From a virus (Duplodnaviria > Caudoviricetes), in IMG/VR virus record IMGVR_UViG_3300025322_000030, positions 1-50,363 of that record: DNA of 50,363 nt. One strand, 5' to 3'. Every line of letters begins with the position of its first letter. Position 1 is the first letter of the stretch. Below are positions 37,938 to 46,758 of this stretch, one piece after another. The translations under genes and the position numbers were made by a program. The notes under the pieces were generated by a model. That model made no database searches, was not told the origin of the DNA, and worked only from the letters and a program-made list of their open reading frames with translations.

Positions 37938-38429
37938 ATGACTTATGAGAAGATTCCACAAGAGTTAGTAGACAAACTTCCAACCTCTGTAGCGTATACA
38001 AGGGAGTCGCTACAGGCAACTGTTAATGCAGTGTGTGCGGTTGGTAGATTTCTGCTCGTCGAATATAACAGCATGGACTTAGACCCGCCAGCCGAGCATC
38101 CAGGCATAGTGAGCAACAAGGCCTCTGTGTGGCCTTATGGAAACCTTCCAGAGCTAGATGGAGATGAAGCACTAAGGTACCTAAATGGCAGTCCTACAAG
38201 TCCAAGAGGCCCATATCTGTCATACATCAAGAGGAACGCTTTAGTGTATAACAGAATTATCCAGGAGCGATCTGACGGAAAGGACGCTCCATTACTAAAC
38301 GCAGAGCGAATAGCCTACATGGGCAAGGAGTTTCAGGAACAAGTTTGGAATGCCTGTAACTCGCTCTGGAGAAGAATACAGCTTGATACTGGGGCTGAGG
38401 TTACACGTCCACTAGATCCGCCATACTAA
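37938..38429 (+). CDS. Hypothetical protein
   Basis: 163 aa; GGAG RBS. Confidence 0.7.
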   Translation: MTYEKIPQELVDKLPTSVAYTRESLQATVNAVCAVGRFLLVEYNSMDLDPPAEHPGIVSNKASVWPYGNLPELDGDEALRYLNGSPTSPRGPYLSYIKRNALVYNRIIQERSDGKDAPLLNAERIAYMGKEFQEQVWNACNSLWRRIQLDTGAEVTRPLDPPY

Positions 38430-39821
38430 ACTGTAACTTTTAGAGCCCCGGTATTGTGGCCCACACCACGCTAATCCGACAGCGTGGCGCGTTGAAGAGG
38501 CGGTCATGGGCCTTCGATTGCACGGATGACCGCCGGGCTCCGGGCGCGTGCCTGGGCCGGGGCTCTGCCGAGAGGATATTACATCGTGAGCTACGAACCA
38601 AAATCCGTGGCCTACTATGAAGGGGCTTTGAAGGCATTCAAGGAAGAGTGCGATTCGCTTCGCAGTCTCGTGCGCCAGTTTGAGGATCATGTTAGATACT
38701 TCGACGGTCGAGCCGCGCAGTTTAAAGCGCTGCTGGAAGACTTACGCCGGATGCGGCAACCTAAGAGCACAGACTGAACCATGAGCTACGATGAGATCTT
38801 CCTTGAAGCCTTCTGTGCAACTTGCCCGCCATGCCGAGCGGGGAAGCACCTCCGTTGCTATGGGTCTCCATGCGAATGCGGGTGCCTGAGGTCGGAGGCA
38901 CCGCTTCTGAGGGGGAATGATGAAGGCATCTGTGATCCAAAAGATCTATAACACAATGCTGTCTGCGCAGATCGACATAATCAGGTTCGCCATGTACTCC
39001 AATTGTGCTGTCTGCCGACGCTGTCTTGAAGGCTGGCATCTTCAGTGCTCCGGGTCTCCGTGTGAGTGCGGATGCCCGAGGTCGCGGAACCCGCTTTTGG
39101 AGGATGAGGATGAAACCGAAACCACCGAGTGAACGGCCTCAGAACGTGTATACCATGTCCATAGCAGACATCGTGGCGACCTGTGTTGCATGGCGAACGG
39201 GCATGGATGGATTTATCGCCTCTTTGCGGAAACTAGATGCTGAGATTGAAAAGTTACGTGCAGAAGAGTCCTCAATGAAGCCAAAGCCACCGACTAACCC
39301 AGATACCAAGTTCGGGTTGATTTACTTGGCGGCGGCGATCTTCGCAGCTTCCGAGTATCAAGAGAAGTGGGATTCCTGCATCGTTAGTGCAGAGGAGCTC
39401 TACACCGAGGCCGAGCGGCGCTACGGGGGTGAGGATGACAAAAACGGAGAGATGTAGACTGTGCAGGGAATTGCACGATGTCAACGAGTACCCTGGACTG
39501 TTGGGAATCTGCCACGACTGCTACAAGATTGTTATGGAGTGGATCAACGAGAAGGGGTGGACGATCTTGGAGGCGGATGAGACTAGTCGCCTCCGCGAGG
39601 AGAATGAGAGGTTGCTAAGCCTCTTGAGCACCCTTGAATGGAACGAGCCACTAATCGGTGAGTCTGGCAAGATTGAAGCCAGAGGTTGCTCGTTCTGTTT
39701 CTCTCGCAAAGAAACAGGCCACAGCGCCGATTGTTTGTATAAGGAATTTACGAGGTGGGCGCAGCAGGCGCAGGGGAGGGTGAGGCCCAATGGATCATCC
39801 TACGACCTGCCAGTGCTTTAA
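38430..39821 (+). other. GC/CpG-rich accessory island of small ORFs (~38586-38777, 38781-38951, 38917-39132, 39110-39457, 39435-39821)
   Basis: Visible compositional shift; tandem Cys-rich paralogues; repeated MKPKPP starts. Confidence 0.6.
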
Positions 39822-39834
39822 AGGAGTAACAAAA

Positions 39835-40017
39835 ATGATCTCAATAATTAGACTGCCAGATCTCTACAGCGGAGACATTATTCCACTACGTAGTGCGTAC
39901 CTATGTGTGTCGTGTGATAGTATAGGACAGTCAGCTATGACCTGTCCATACTGTGGTGACAGGTCACTTTTATGTCTGTCTAGAATTCTAAACAGAAAGG
40001 AGAAAGCCAGTGATTGA
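39835..40017 (+). CDS. Small zinc-ribbon protein
   Basis: CVSCD...CPYCG; AAGGAG RBS. Confidence 0.6.
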   Translation: MISIIRLPDLYSGDIIPLRSAYLCVSCDSIGQSAMTCPYCGDRSLLCLSRILNRKEKASD

Positions 40018-40306
40018 GAGGACATTCTTTATAGCTGGAGTGAAGTTTCACGATCTTGGGAAGGTCATAAAGGATCTTTTTGAGGGAGTAGGACTCACTC
40101 TTGTAGCAGAGCCAAAAAACAAGTTCGATCCAAATGCGATCAGAATCGAGCATGAGGGTACGATGCTAGGCTATGTGCCTAAAAAGTTTAGCGCTGAAAT
40201 AAGTGCTGCGTTGGAAGTTGATTCCATAGAATGTAAGATAACTAAGCTCAGTCCTAGTGCAAAGCCCTGGGAACAGTGTGAGGTATCTGTGAGGAGTCAG
40301 GAATGA
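40010..40306 (+). CDS. HIRAN domain protein
   Basis: FFIAGVKFH...LVAEPKNKFDPNAIRI...LGYVP. Confidence 0.85.
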   Translation: MIERTFFIAGVKFHDLGKVIKDLFEGVGLTLVAEPKNKFDPNAIRIEHEGTMLGYVPKKFSAEISAALEVDSIECKITKLSPSAKPWEQCEVSVRSQE

Positions 40307-40913
40307 AGCAAGCTTATTGTGCAAACTGTGGTATGCAGCTTCAGATAACTAGAAAAGCACTACCAAAGTATGGCAGGATTGTAGATCTGGTGAGGTATCA
40401 TGAATGTCTACATGTTCCACTTGAACTAGATCTAAAACCGGACCCGGTACCAGTCTTCGTCGAAACTCCTAATAAGAATAAGTTTGAACAAAATTTGATC
40501 GAACTTTCAGGGCCAGATGAAACAATAGATCTGCGTGACAGGCGCAGCAAAGAACATGTTATAGATTCAACTGCACCTGCCAGTCTACTTGATCAACTCA
40601 AAGCCAGGAAGGGAACTGGATAATGTCAAAAGTATTTATAGTAAATAAGTCTAACCATAACTTTAGTGAGGCGAAAAAGCATGGAGAGTTAGTATTCCTA
40701 AGTGAGGGAAACCTAAATAAGTTTGCTACTAATACCATGTTCCGGCAGTTTACGGAAGGAATGAGGGACTCGGACCAGCATGACTATGTGGTCCCATGCA
40801 GTCTGAATGTAGCAAACTGCATCGCATGTGCTATATTCGCAAGGAAGCATGGAAAGCTCAATTTACTTCTGTTCAAGGATGGCAAGTACATCGAACGCAA
40901 CCATGTACTGTAA
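40303..40913 (+). CDS. Two hypothetical ORFs (40303-40623, 40623-40913)
   Basis: Translationally coupled ORFs. Confidence 0.65.
40481..40505. promoter_or_regulatory. 25-bp palindrome copy 15 (intragenic)
   Basis: AGTTTGAACA-AAATT-TGATCGAACT. Confidence 0.85.
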
Positions 40914-40926
40914 ATTCAAAACTTGC

Positions 40927-40955
40927 TTGACAACGAATGTTAGACATGGTACAAT
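40927..40955 (+). promoter_or_regulatory. Sigma70 promoter of the recombination/replication operon
   Basis: TTGACA-17 bp-TACAAT with extended -10 TG. Confidence 0.8.
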
Positions 40956-40974
40956 TGATTTCACTGGAAGAAAA

Positions 40975-41378
40975 ATGATAAGGAACAAGCCAAAACTAGT
41001 ATTAACTCAGATCGTATCTGGGGAGCGCGCATTAACTGGACTAGACAAAGACGGAAAGGTATGGACATACTTGGGAGGTGACTATGGATGGGTTGGACTA
41101 AATATGAATCAACTGACAATGGAACAGGGTCGTAAGGCAATGGACCTCAAGCATCAACGAACTCAACAAAAATAAGGAGAAAAAGCATGATTACTGAACG
41201 AACACTTCGTCGATGGAGAAGAGAATCCCTTCAGCACCTCAATCAAAAAACAGCTCCGATCTCAGCCGCACCAGGAGCTCATAATGTGTTCTCATTGCAA
41301 ATGGATGAGTTGCATAAGAGACTGTTAGTGCTAACTCAGGAACTGATGGATCAGTATTTGGTGAGGAGGGATTCATGA
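40975..41378 (+). CDS. Two small hypothetical ORFs (40975-41175, 41187-41378)
   Basis: RBS-supported ORFs after the promoter. Confidence 0.55.
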
Positions 41379-42376
41379 CCTTCCCAATTCCTGAGAATCC
41401 AAACTGGTGGATACTCGACTCGTCAAAGCTAGATGATTATCTAGCCTGTCCACGTAAGTTCTTCTTCACTCATATCCTTGGATGGAGGATGGATATTCCT
41501 GCTCATGATCTTTGGTTCGGCTCAGCTTGGCATAAGGCAAGAGAATGGCAGTTGCTTCACGGCTATGAGGATGTGCAAAGTGCTTACTTTGCATTCCTCA
41601 GTGAGTACCGCAAACACTTCGACCAAGAAACAGATTCAATCTATACCCCAAAGGACCCAGCTGGAGTATTAAATGCACTACTAAAGTTCCGGGATGAGAG
41701 ATTCAACGATCTTATTGAGAATAGGGTTGTCGAAATAGACGGAATCAAAATGGTTGAGATCTCTGGGACTGTACCAGTAGATGAGAAAAGAGTCCTTTAT
41801 TACAAGATGGACTCTATAATGGAGAGGATGTCCGACGAGATGATCTTCTCCTGGGACCACAAAAGTACTTCTGGTAGGTATATAAACTCCAGGCAGTGGA
41901 CTGAACAGTTTCATCTAAGTGTTCAGAATGGAACCTATACTCACTGTCTGTTTTGTATGTTTCCAGTTGACAAAGTCCTCGGAGTGGAGTTTTGTGGTAC
42001 AGGTTTTGAGTATCTTCAGCGTGGCTCAGCCAATCGCTCAGCAGGTTATCACGCAACTCTTCAGCGAGTACCTGCATTCAAAACTCCTGACCAGATGAAT
42101 GTCTGGCTTTGGAACGTCCTAGACATAATCAACAACATAGAACGTGACGTTGATAGGTTGTCACACTGCAAGGAGAGTGATCCTGTAATGATGGCCTTTC
42201 AGCAGAATCCTAAGTCATGCACAGACTACAAAGGCTGTCCATTTCATGACTTCTGTTTATCGTGGAGTAATCCGTTACAGCGTTGTTACGAACCTCCTAT
42301 TGGTTTCAGAGTCGAGTTCTGGAATCCTTCAGAGATGGACACAACTGTTAAGAAGAACTTGGAGTGGCCTAAATGA
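41375..42376 (+). CDS. PD-(D/E)xK Cas4/RecB-like exonuclease
   Basis: SKLDDYLACPRK, FGSAWH, KMD..WDHKS and C-terminal C....CPFHDFC cluster. Confidence 0.85.
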   Translation: MTFPIPENPNWWILDSSKLDDYLACPRKFFFTHILGWRMDIPAHDLWFGSAWHKAREWQLLHGYEDVQSAYFAFLSEYRKHFDQETDSIYTPKDPAGVLNALLKFRDERFNDLIENRVVEIDGIKMVEISGTVPVDEKRVLYYKMDSIMERMSDEMIFSWDHKSTSGRYINSRQWTEQFHLSVQNGTYTHCLFCMFPVDKVLGVEFCGTGFEYLQRGSANRSAGYHATLQRVPAFKTPDQMNVWLWNVLDIINNIERDVDRLSHCKESDPVMMAFQQNPKSCTDYKGCPFHDFCLSWSNPLQRCYEPPIGFRVEFWNPSEMDTTVKKNLEWPK

Positions 42377-42609
42377 CGAAATCAATCAAGCAAAAGTGGG
42401 CGCAGGAAAGATGCTTCCTTAACTATGGTTCACTTCTTGGAATTGAAGCAAGATTGAGGCAAATAGCTAAGGCGCGCAGTACTACAAGCAAAGAATCTGT
42501 AATATTAATGCATATAGCAGACAGACTAAATGTTGTTACTCTCATGTGGCTCAGTGAAAGTAGCAAGAAAGCCTCTAAGTCCATATTTACTCTTGAAAGG
42601 ACATGGTGA
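42373..42609 (+). CDS. Hypothetical protein
   Basis: ATGA-coupled 78-aa ORF. Confidence 0.5.
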   Translation: MTKSIKQKWAQERCFLNYGSLLGIEARLRQIAKARSTTSKESVILMHIADRLNVVTLMWLSESSKKASKSIFTLERTW

Positions 42610-42610
42610 G

Positions 42611-43441
42611 ATGCCCTACGACTTCAAATCAGAGCTAGCTCGAGTCAGGAAGTACTACGAAGGTGATCCACTTCAGAAAAGATTCAGTGCTCTTGTTTGT
42701 GGTGGTATAGGATCAGGTAAGTCATATCTGCTAAGAACGGCTCGCAGACCCGTTCATGTAGACTCATTTGATCCAGGAGGAACAAAATGTAATCTGCCAC
42801 TCATTAAAAGTGGGGATATGGTAGCTGATACCAGATGGGAGACTGAGGATCCTTACTTTCCTGATAAGTTTGCAGCGTGGATGAAAGTTACAAACATAAG
42901 ATTGGAGATGGGATATTTTAATCACTTTGGAACCTATTGCCTAGATAGTGCAACAACTTGGGGAGAGGCAGTGATGAACTATCGCCTGGCTGGTGAAGGC
43001 AGAGCTGGTGAAGCCCCAAAGTGGGCACATGACTATGTGCCACAGAAGACTTACATGGTTAACTACATTAGAAAGCTAATGAGATTACCATGTGACTTCA
43101 TACTGACTGGGCATTTACGTGAGATTGAGGAAATTATCAGCGTAGATACAAAGACTGGAGTAACGAGAAAGAGTATCGAATATAGATTTTATACAGTCGG
43201 TCAAGCTGTCCTGACCATCCCGCTCTTATTCGACGAGATTTATGTACTCCTCGGAAAGGAGGGTAAAGATGGAGTAGAACGTAAAATGCTCATTGATGCA
43301 CAAGGTAAATACATAGCTAGGTCAAGACTTAGGGCTAATGGAAAACTTGATTCAGTAGAAGCACCTAACATCAAAGCCCTACTCAAAAAGATTGGCCTGT
43401 CGTGGGAAGATAAACCTAAACTTGAAATGGAGGTGAAATGA
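42611..43441 (+). CDS. Sak4-like (AAA_24) ATPase/recombinase
   Basis: GGIGSGKS, CLDSAT, ILTGH, FDEIY; between nuclease and SSB. Confidence 0.8.
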   Translation: MPYDFKSELARVRKYYEGDPLQKRFSALVCGGIGSGKSYLLRTARRPVHVDSFDPGGTKCNLPLIKSGDMVADTRWETEDPYFPDKFAAWMKVTNIRLEMGYFNHFGTYCLDSATTWGEAVMNYRLAGEGRAGEAPKWAHDYVPQKTYMVNYIRKLMRLPCDFILTGHLREIEEIISVDTKTGVTRKSIEYRFYTVGQAVLTIPLLFDEIYVLLGKEGKDGVERKMLIDAQGKYIARSRLRANGKLDSVEAPNIKALLKKIGLSWEDKPKLEMEVK

Positions 43442-43731
43442 ATAAAGAAGAAGTAAAAGAGTTGATATCAACAAAGGATATACTACAAGCTACCTCAGAA
43501 GAGTTGAAAGAGATACATATGAGGTTGGCTAAGTTGGAGAGTAAACTAAACAGATACGACAGAATATTCGAGTCAGCTTTTAGAGAAGAGGCAGAATCCA
43601 GGTTGCATCTTGGATCACTGCATGGACATGAACAAGCAGATAAAGCATACAGAGCTAGTAGTCTAGAGATGTTAAGAATGAAATTAGAAAGGAAGGTGAT
43701 GCCTGGAACACTAATACCTGTTGACAAATAG
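43438..43731 (+). CDS. Hypothetical coiled-coil protein
   Basis: GGAGGTG RBS; 97 aa. Confidence 0.6.
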   Translation: MNKEEVKELISTKDILQATSEELKEIHMRLAKLESKLNRYDRIFESAFREEAESRLHLGSLHGHEQADKAYRASSLEMLRMKLERKVMPGTLIPVDK

Positions 43732-43754
43732 TCCGAACCAAAATAAATCAATCT
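43730..43754. promoter_or_regulatory. 25-bp palindrome copy 16
   Basis: AGTCCGAACC-AAAAT-AAATCAATCT. Confidence 0.8.
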
Positions 43755-43773
43755 TTCCAAAAAGGAGAGACAA

Positions 43774-44247
43774 ATGTCTCTAACTGATTACAGTGATCTT
43801 GAAAAAGAAATAGCAAGTGCGCCAGAGCCAAAGGTTCTCCCTCGAGGAGCTGAGGTTAAGGCAAGGATCATCAATGTCAGAGATGGCATTAGTGATAAGA
43901 ACGATGCTCAGTGGTATCAGCCAGTATTTGATGTACCTGCTGATCCACTTGTAGTGGAGTTCAATGACTTCTTCTGGGACCTGGCAGATCGTGACAAGCT
44001 AGATCCTAAGCAAGCAGCAAGGGCAATGACGAAGTTTAAGAACTTCGCTGCAGCCTTTGGACTTGACTACTCAAAACCATTCGACTGGACCCAGGACCTA
44101 CTTGGACTGCAGGGCTGGGTCATTCTCGGTGTTCGTAAGAGTGACGAGTATGGAGACCAGAACACAGTCTCCAAATACGTAGCAGGTCACGGCAGACCTA
44201 ATGTGGCCAGAAAGGAGGATATAGAAGAAGACGACATCCCGTTCTAA
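43774..44247 (+). CDS. Single-stranded DNA-binding protein (DUF669-like)
   Basis: OB-like pattern and acidic tail EEDDIPF; next to the Sak4-like gene. Confidence 0.75.
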   Translation: MSLTDYSDLEKEIASAPEPKVLPRGAEVKARIINVRDGISDKNDAQWYQPVFDVPADPLVVEFNDFFWDLADRDKLDPKQAARAMTKFKNFAAAFGLDYSKPFDWTQDLLGLQGWVILGVRKSDEYGDQNTVSKYVAGHGRPNVARKEDIEEDDIPF

Positions 44248-44319
44248 GCCCTTGAGTGCCGGTGTCCTCTTGATACCATCGGTAGGTGAGGCGAAGGCTA
44301 TCGAGCCGGCAATTAAACA

Positions 44320-44344
44320 AGTTCGTTCCAAAATTGATCGAACT
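44320..44344. promoter_or_regulatory. 25-bp palindrome copy 17
   Basis: AGTTCGTTCC-AAAAT-TGATCGAACT. Confidence 0.85.
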
Positions 44345-44357
44345 AAAGAGGAAAGAT

Positions 44358-44754
44358 ATGGATTACTCAGTCATAATACTTTCAGTTGCTATAATATTAT
44401 TAGCTATAAGTGTATGTGCTTTAGATAGAAAAATACGAGCTCTAAATGACATATGCATGAGTCATTTATGTCAATCAGCGGATAAGCCTGATGACAAAGG
44501 AAAAGACAATGGACTACAAGATTATCAGTGTAAATAGAAGAACTTATCCAAAGCAACTTGGAAGTACTGATGAGTGGGATTACTCACCTCCAACAATTGT
44601 AACTGTGTTAGTCCTTGGTAACGTAGGTGACTACGCAGCATACATAGGTATAGGATCTCCAGAATGGATTGCGAGGTTTGGAGCTAAACTCATGTTTGAA
44701 GAAGCTAAAATTCACTTTCCAACTATAGAAAGAGAAAAGTACAGAGGTTACTGA
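44358..44754 (+). CDS. Small membrane protein (44358-44537) and hypothetical protein (44509-44754)
   Basis: Hydrophobic VIILSVAIILLAISVCAL; RBSs present. Confidence 0.55.
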
Positions 44755-45887
44755 TGAACATTCTAGTTCTAGGCTACGACGGTTACATAGGCTGGCCACT
44801 TACACTTGAGCTACTCAAAGATGGACACATTGTTAGTGGAATAGATAATGGATCTAGAAGGTTTAGAGTAACTGAGTGTGGAAGTCAGTCACTGACACCT
44901 ATACTTACAAGAGCTAGCAGATGGACCTACCTGAGAGATAATTTCGATAAGGTTCATCTTCTGATAGATAACAACATCTCACACATGAGTGAGCAGTTAA
45001 AATATATCTTTGAAAACTATAGCATAGACGTTATATTCCATCTAGCCGAGCAGCCATCTGCACCCTGGTCAATGGCTAATTTCCATCGGGCCAATAAGAC
45101 CCAGATAGAGAACGTATCCGGTACACTTGCTCTACTTTGGGCCATGAAAGAAGCATGTCCAAAAGCTCACCTAATCAAAATAGGTACAATGGGCGAGTAT
45201 GGTACACCTAATTGTGACATCCCTGAAGGTAGAATAGAAGAAGGTCCAATGGCTGGACTTCTATTTCCTCGTACTGCAGGCTCGTTCTACCACCTCTCCA
45301 AGGTCCACGATACTCACAACATTGAGTTTGCTTGTCGTAACTGGGGACTTCGTTCGACTGACATAATGCAAGGAGTTGTATTTGGATTGAATGAAACTGA
45401 CAATGATGCAGAGTTGACCAGGTTTGATTATGATGAGTACTTTGGAACTGTCATAAACAGATTCTGTGTCCAGGCTATCATAGGCCATCCACTCACAGTA
45501 TATGGCTATGGAGGCCAAACAAGAGGGTTCATACCACTGAGAGACTCAATCAAGTGTCTGAAAATAGCGATGGATAATCCTCCTGTGAAGGGTGAGTATA
45601 GAACATTTAATCAGTTCGAGAGTATTCATACTATTAACGAGCTAGCTTATATGGTTAGGGATGCACTTCACACTCTCAACATGCCATACAGGATAGATCA
45701 CATACCTAATCCACGTAAGGAATCAGAAGATCATTACTATAATCCAAGGCATTTGGGTCTGGCTAAGTTTGGCTACAGCCCATCTATATCCATACACAGG
45801 GATATATACGAACTAATCAAAAAAATTCTACCATACAAGGACAGAGTAATCAAAGAAGTAATCATGCCAAAGACTACATGGAAATAG
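44754..45887 (+). CDS. sqdB: UDP-sulfoquinovose synthase (SqdB/SQD1/Agl3 family SDR)
   Basis: GYDGYIG, SLTPI, HLAEQPSAPWSM, GTMGEYGTPN, SFYHLSKVHD, TDIMQGVV, RFDYD..FGTVINRF, PLTVYG.GGQTRGF, GEYR.FNQF. Confidence 0.88.
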   Translation: MNILVLGYDGYIGWPLTLELLKDGHIVSGIDNGSRRFRVTECGSQSLTPILTRASRWTYLRDNFDKVHLLIDNNISHMSEQLKYIFENYSIDVIFHLAEQPSAPWSMANFHRANKTQIENVSGTLALLWAMKEACPKAHLIKIGTMGEYGTPNCDIPEGRIEEGPMAGLLFPRTAGSFYHLSKVHDTHNIEFACRNWGLRSTDIMQGVVFGLNETDNDAELTRFDYDEYFGTVINRFCVQAIIGHPLTVYGYGGQTRGFIPLRDSIKCLKIAMDNPPVKGEYRTFNQFESIHTINELAYMVRDALHTLNMPYRIDHIPNPRKESEDHYYNPRHLGLAKFGYSPSISIHRDIYELIKKILPYKDRVIKEVIMPKTTWK

Positions 45888-46758
45888 CTATGTATAAAAT
45901 AAGATTTAAGTATTTCTGCTCATCCTGTGGCATAACCTGGTATAGTATGGAAGATGCACCTCATGCCAGAATATGTATAGAGTGTCAGACTGATAAGCAC
46001 ACAGAGTATAGAGAAATAACAGAACACGACGACATACCGGCTAGTATAAATCCACTTACAAATGGAAGTGAATAATGTCATCTATAGATTACAAACCTAG
46101 ATTAGTAATTGAGATTACTGAAGAGCAGAAGAAAAGAGCTGACAGGCTAATAGGCCAGTATGGTCTAAGAAAAGCTGTATTTGGGCCAGTCTTGGACGAC
46201 GTACTTGATTTGATAGAGGAGTACGGTGGTGTGGCTATAGGTATTATGATTAGTGGTAAGGTCAAACCAAGGGATATCATTCCAATCTTACGTAGGGCTG
46301 AGGAGGTAGGCAATGGCGAATCTAGATGATCTTGGAATTGTGTCAATCTCTGACATGCAGACAGATGAGGCACTGGAGCTTCTTCGTCAGATAAGATTAT
46401 CTAGAAGAATTCCAACTGGTAAGACTAAAACCAAATCACAGACAAAGAAGCAATCCAAATCAGCACTAAACATCAGCTCAGAACAAGCAGCTGAGATACT
46501 AAAACTCATAACTGGAGAAGACAAATGACTACATTTAGTATACACTTGAACGAGAGAGAATTAGTAAGCTTGATAAAGTTCTTGATGTGTCTATCTGATG
46601 AAACAGTAGGCACATTTACATACTTCACTAAAGGAAAGGCACTCAGGGTTCACTTCAGAGGAGACAATAAAAAGGTGCAAAAGCAGATATGTGAATGGCT
46701 AAGTATTCCTGAGAGAAAACAGAACTTTATGGGAGCTAAGGATGATAAAAGTCGGTGA
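45878..46758 (+). CDS. Four small ORFs (45878-46075 CxxC zinc ribbon; 46075-46329 RHH-like; 46313-46528; 46525-46758)
   Basis: Coupled ORFs; YKPRLVIEITEEQKKR resembles an RHH strand-helix. Confidence 0.55.

Noticed and set aside
41375-42376. Cas4-like gene as part of a CRISPR system
   Set aside because: No array or other cas genes; it sits in a standard nuclease-Sak4-SSB recombination module
43721-43749. TTGACA next to palindrome copy 16 as an occluded promoter
   Set aside because: No convincing -10 at 16-18 bp spacing, and TTGACA lies in coding sequence
44240-44315. HDV-like, twister or hammerhead ribozyme
   Set aside because: The required helix order and catalytic-core nucleotides could not be found; kept only as a generic structure
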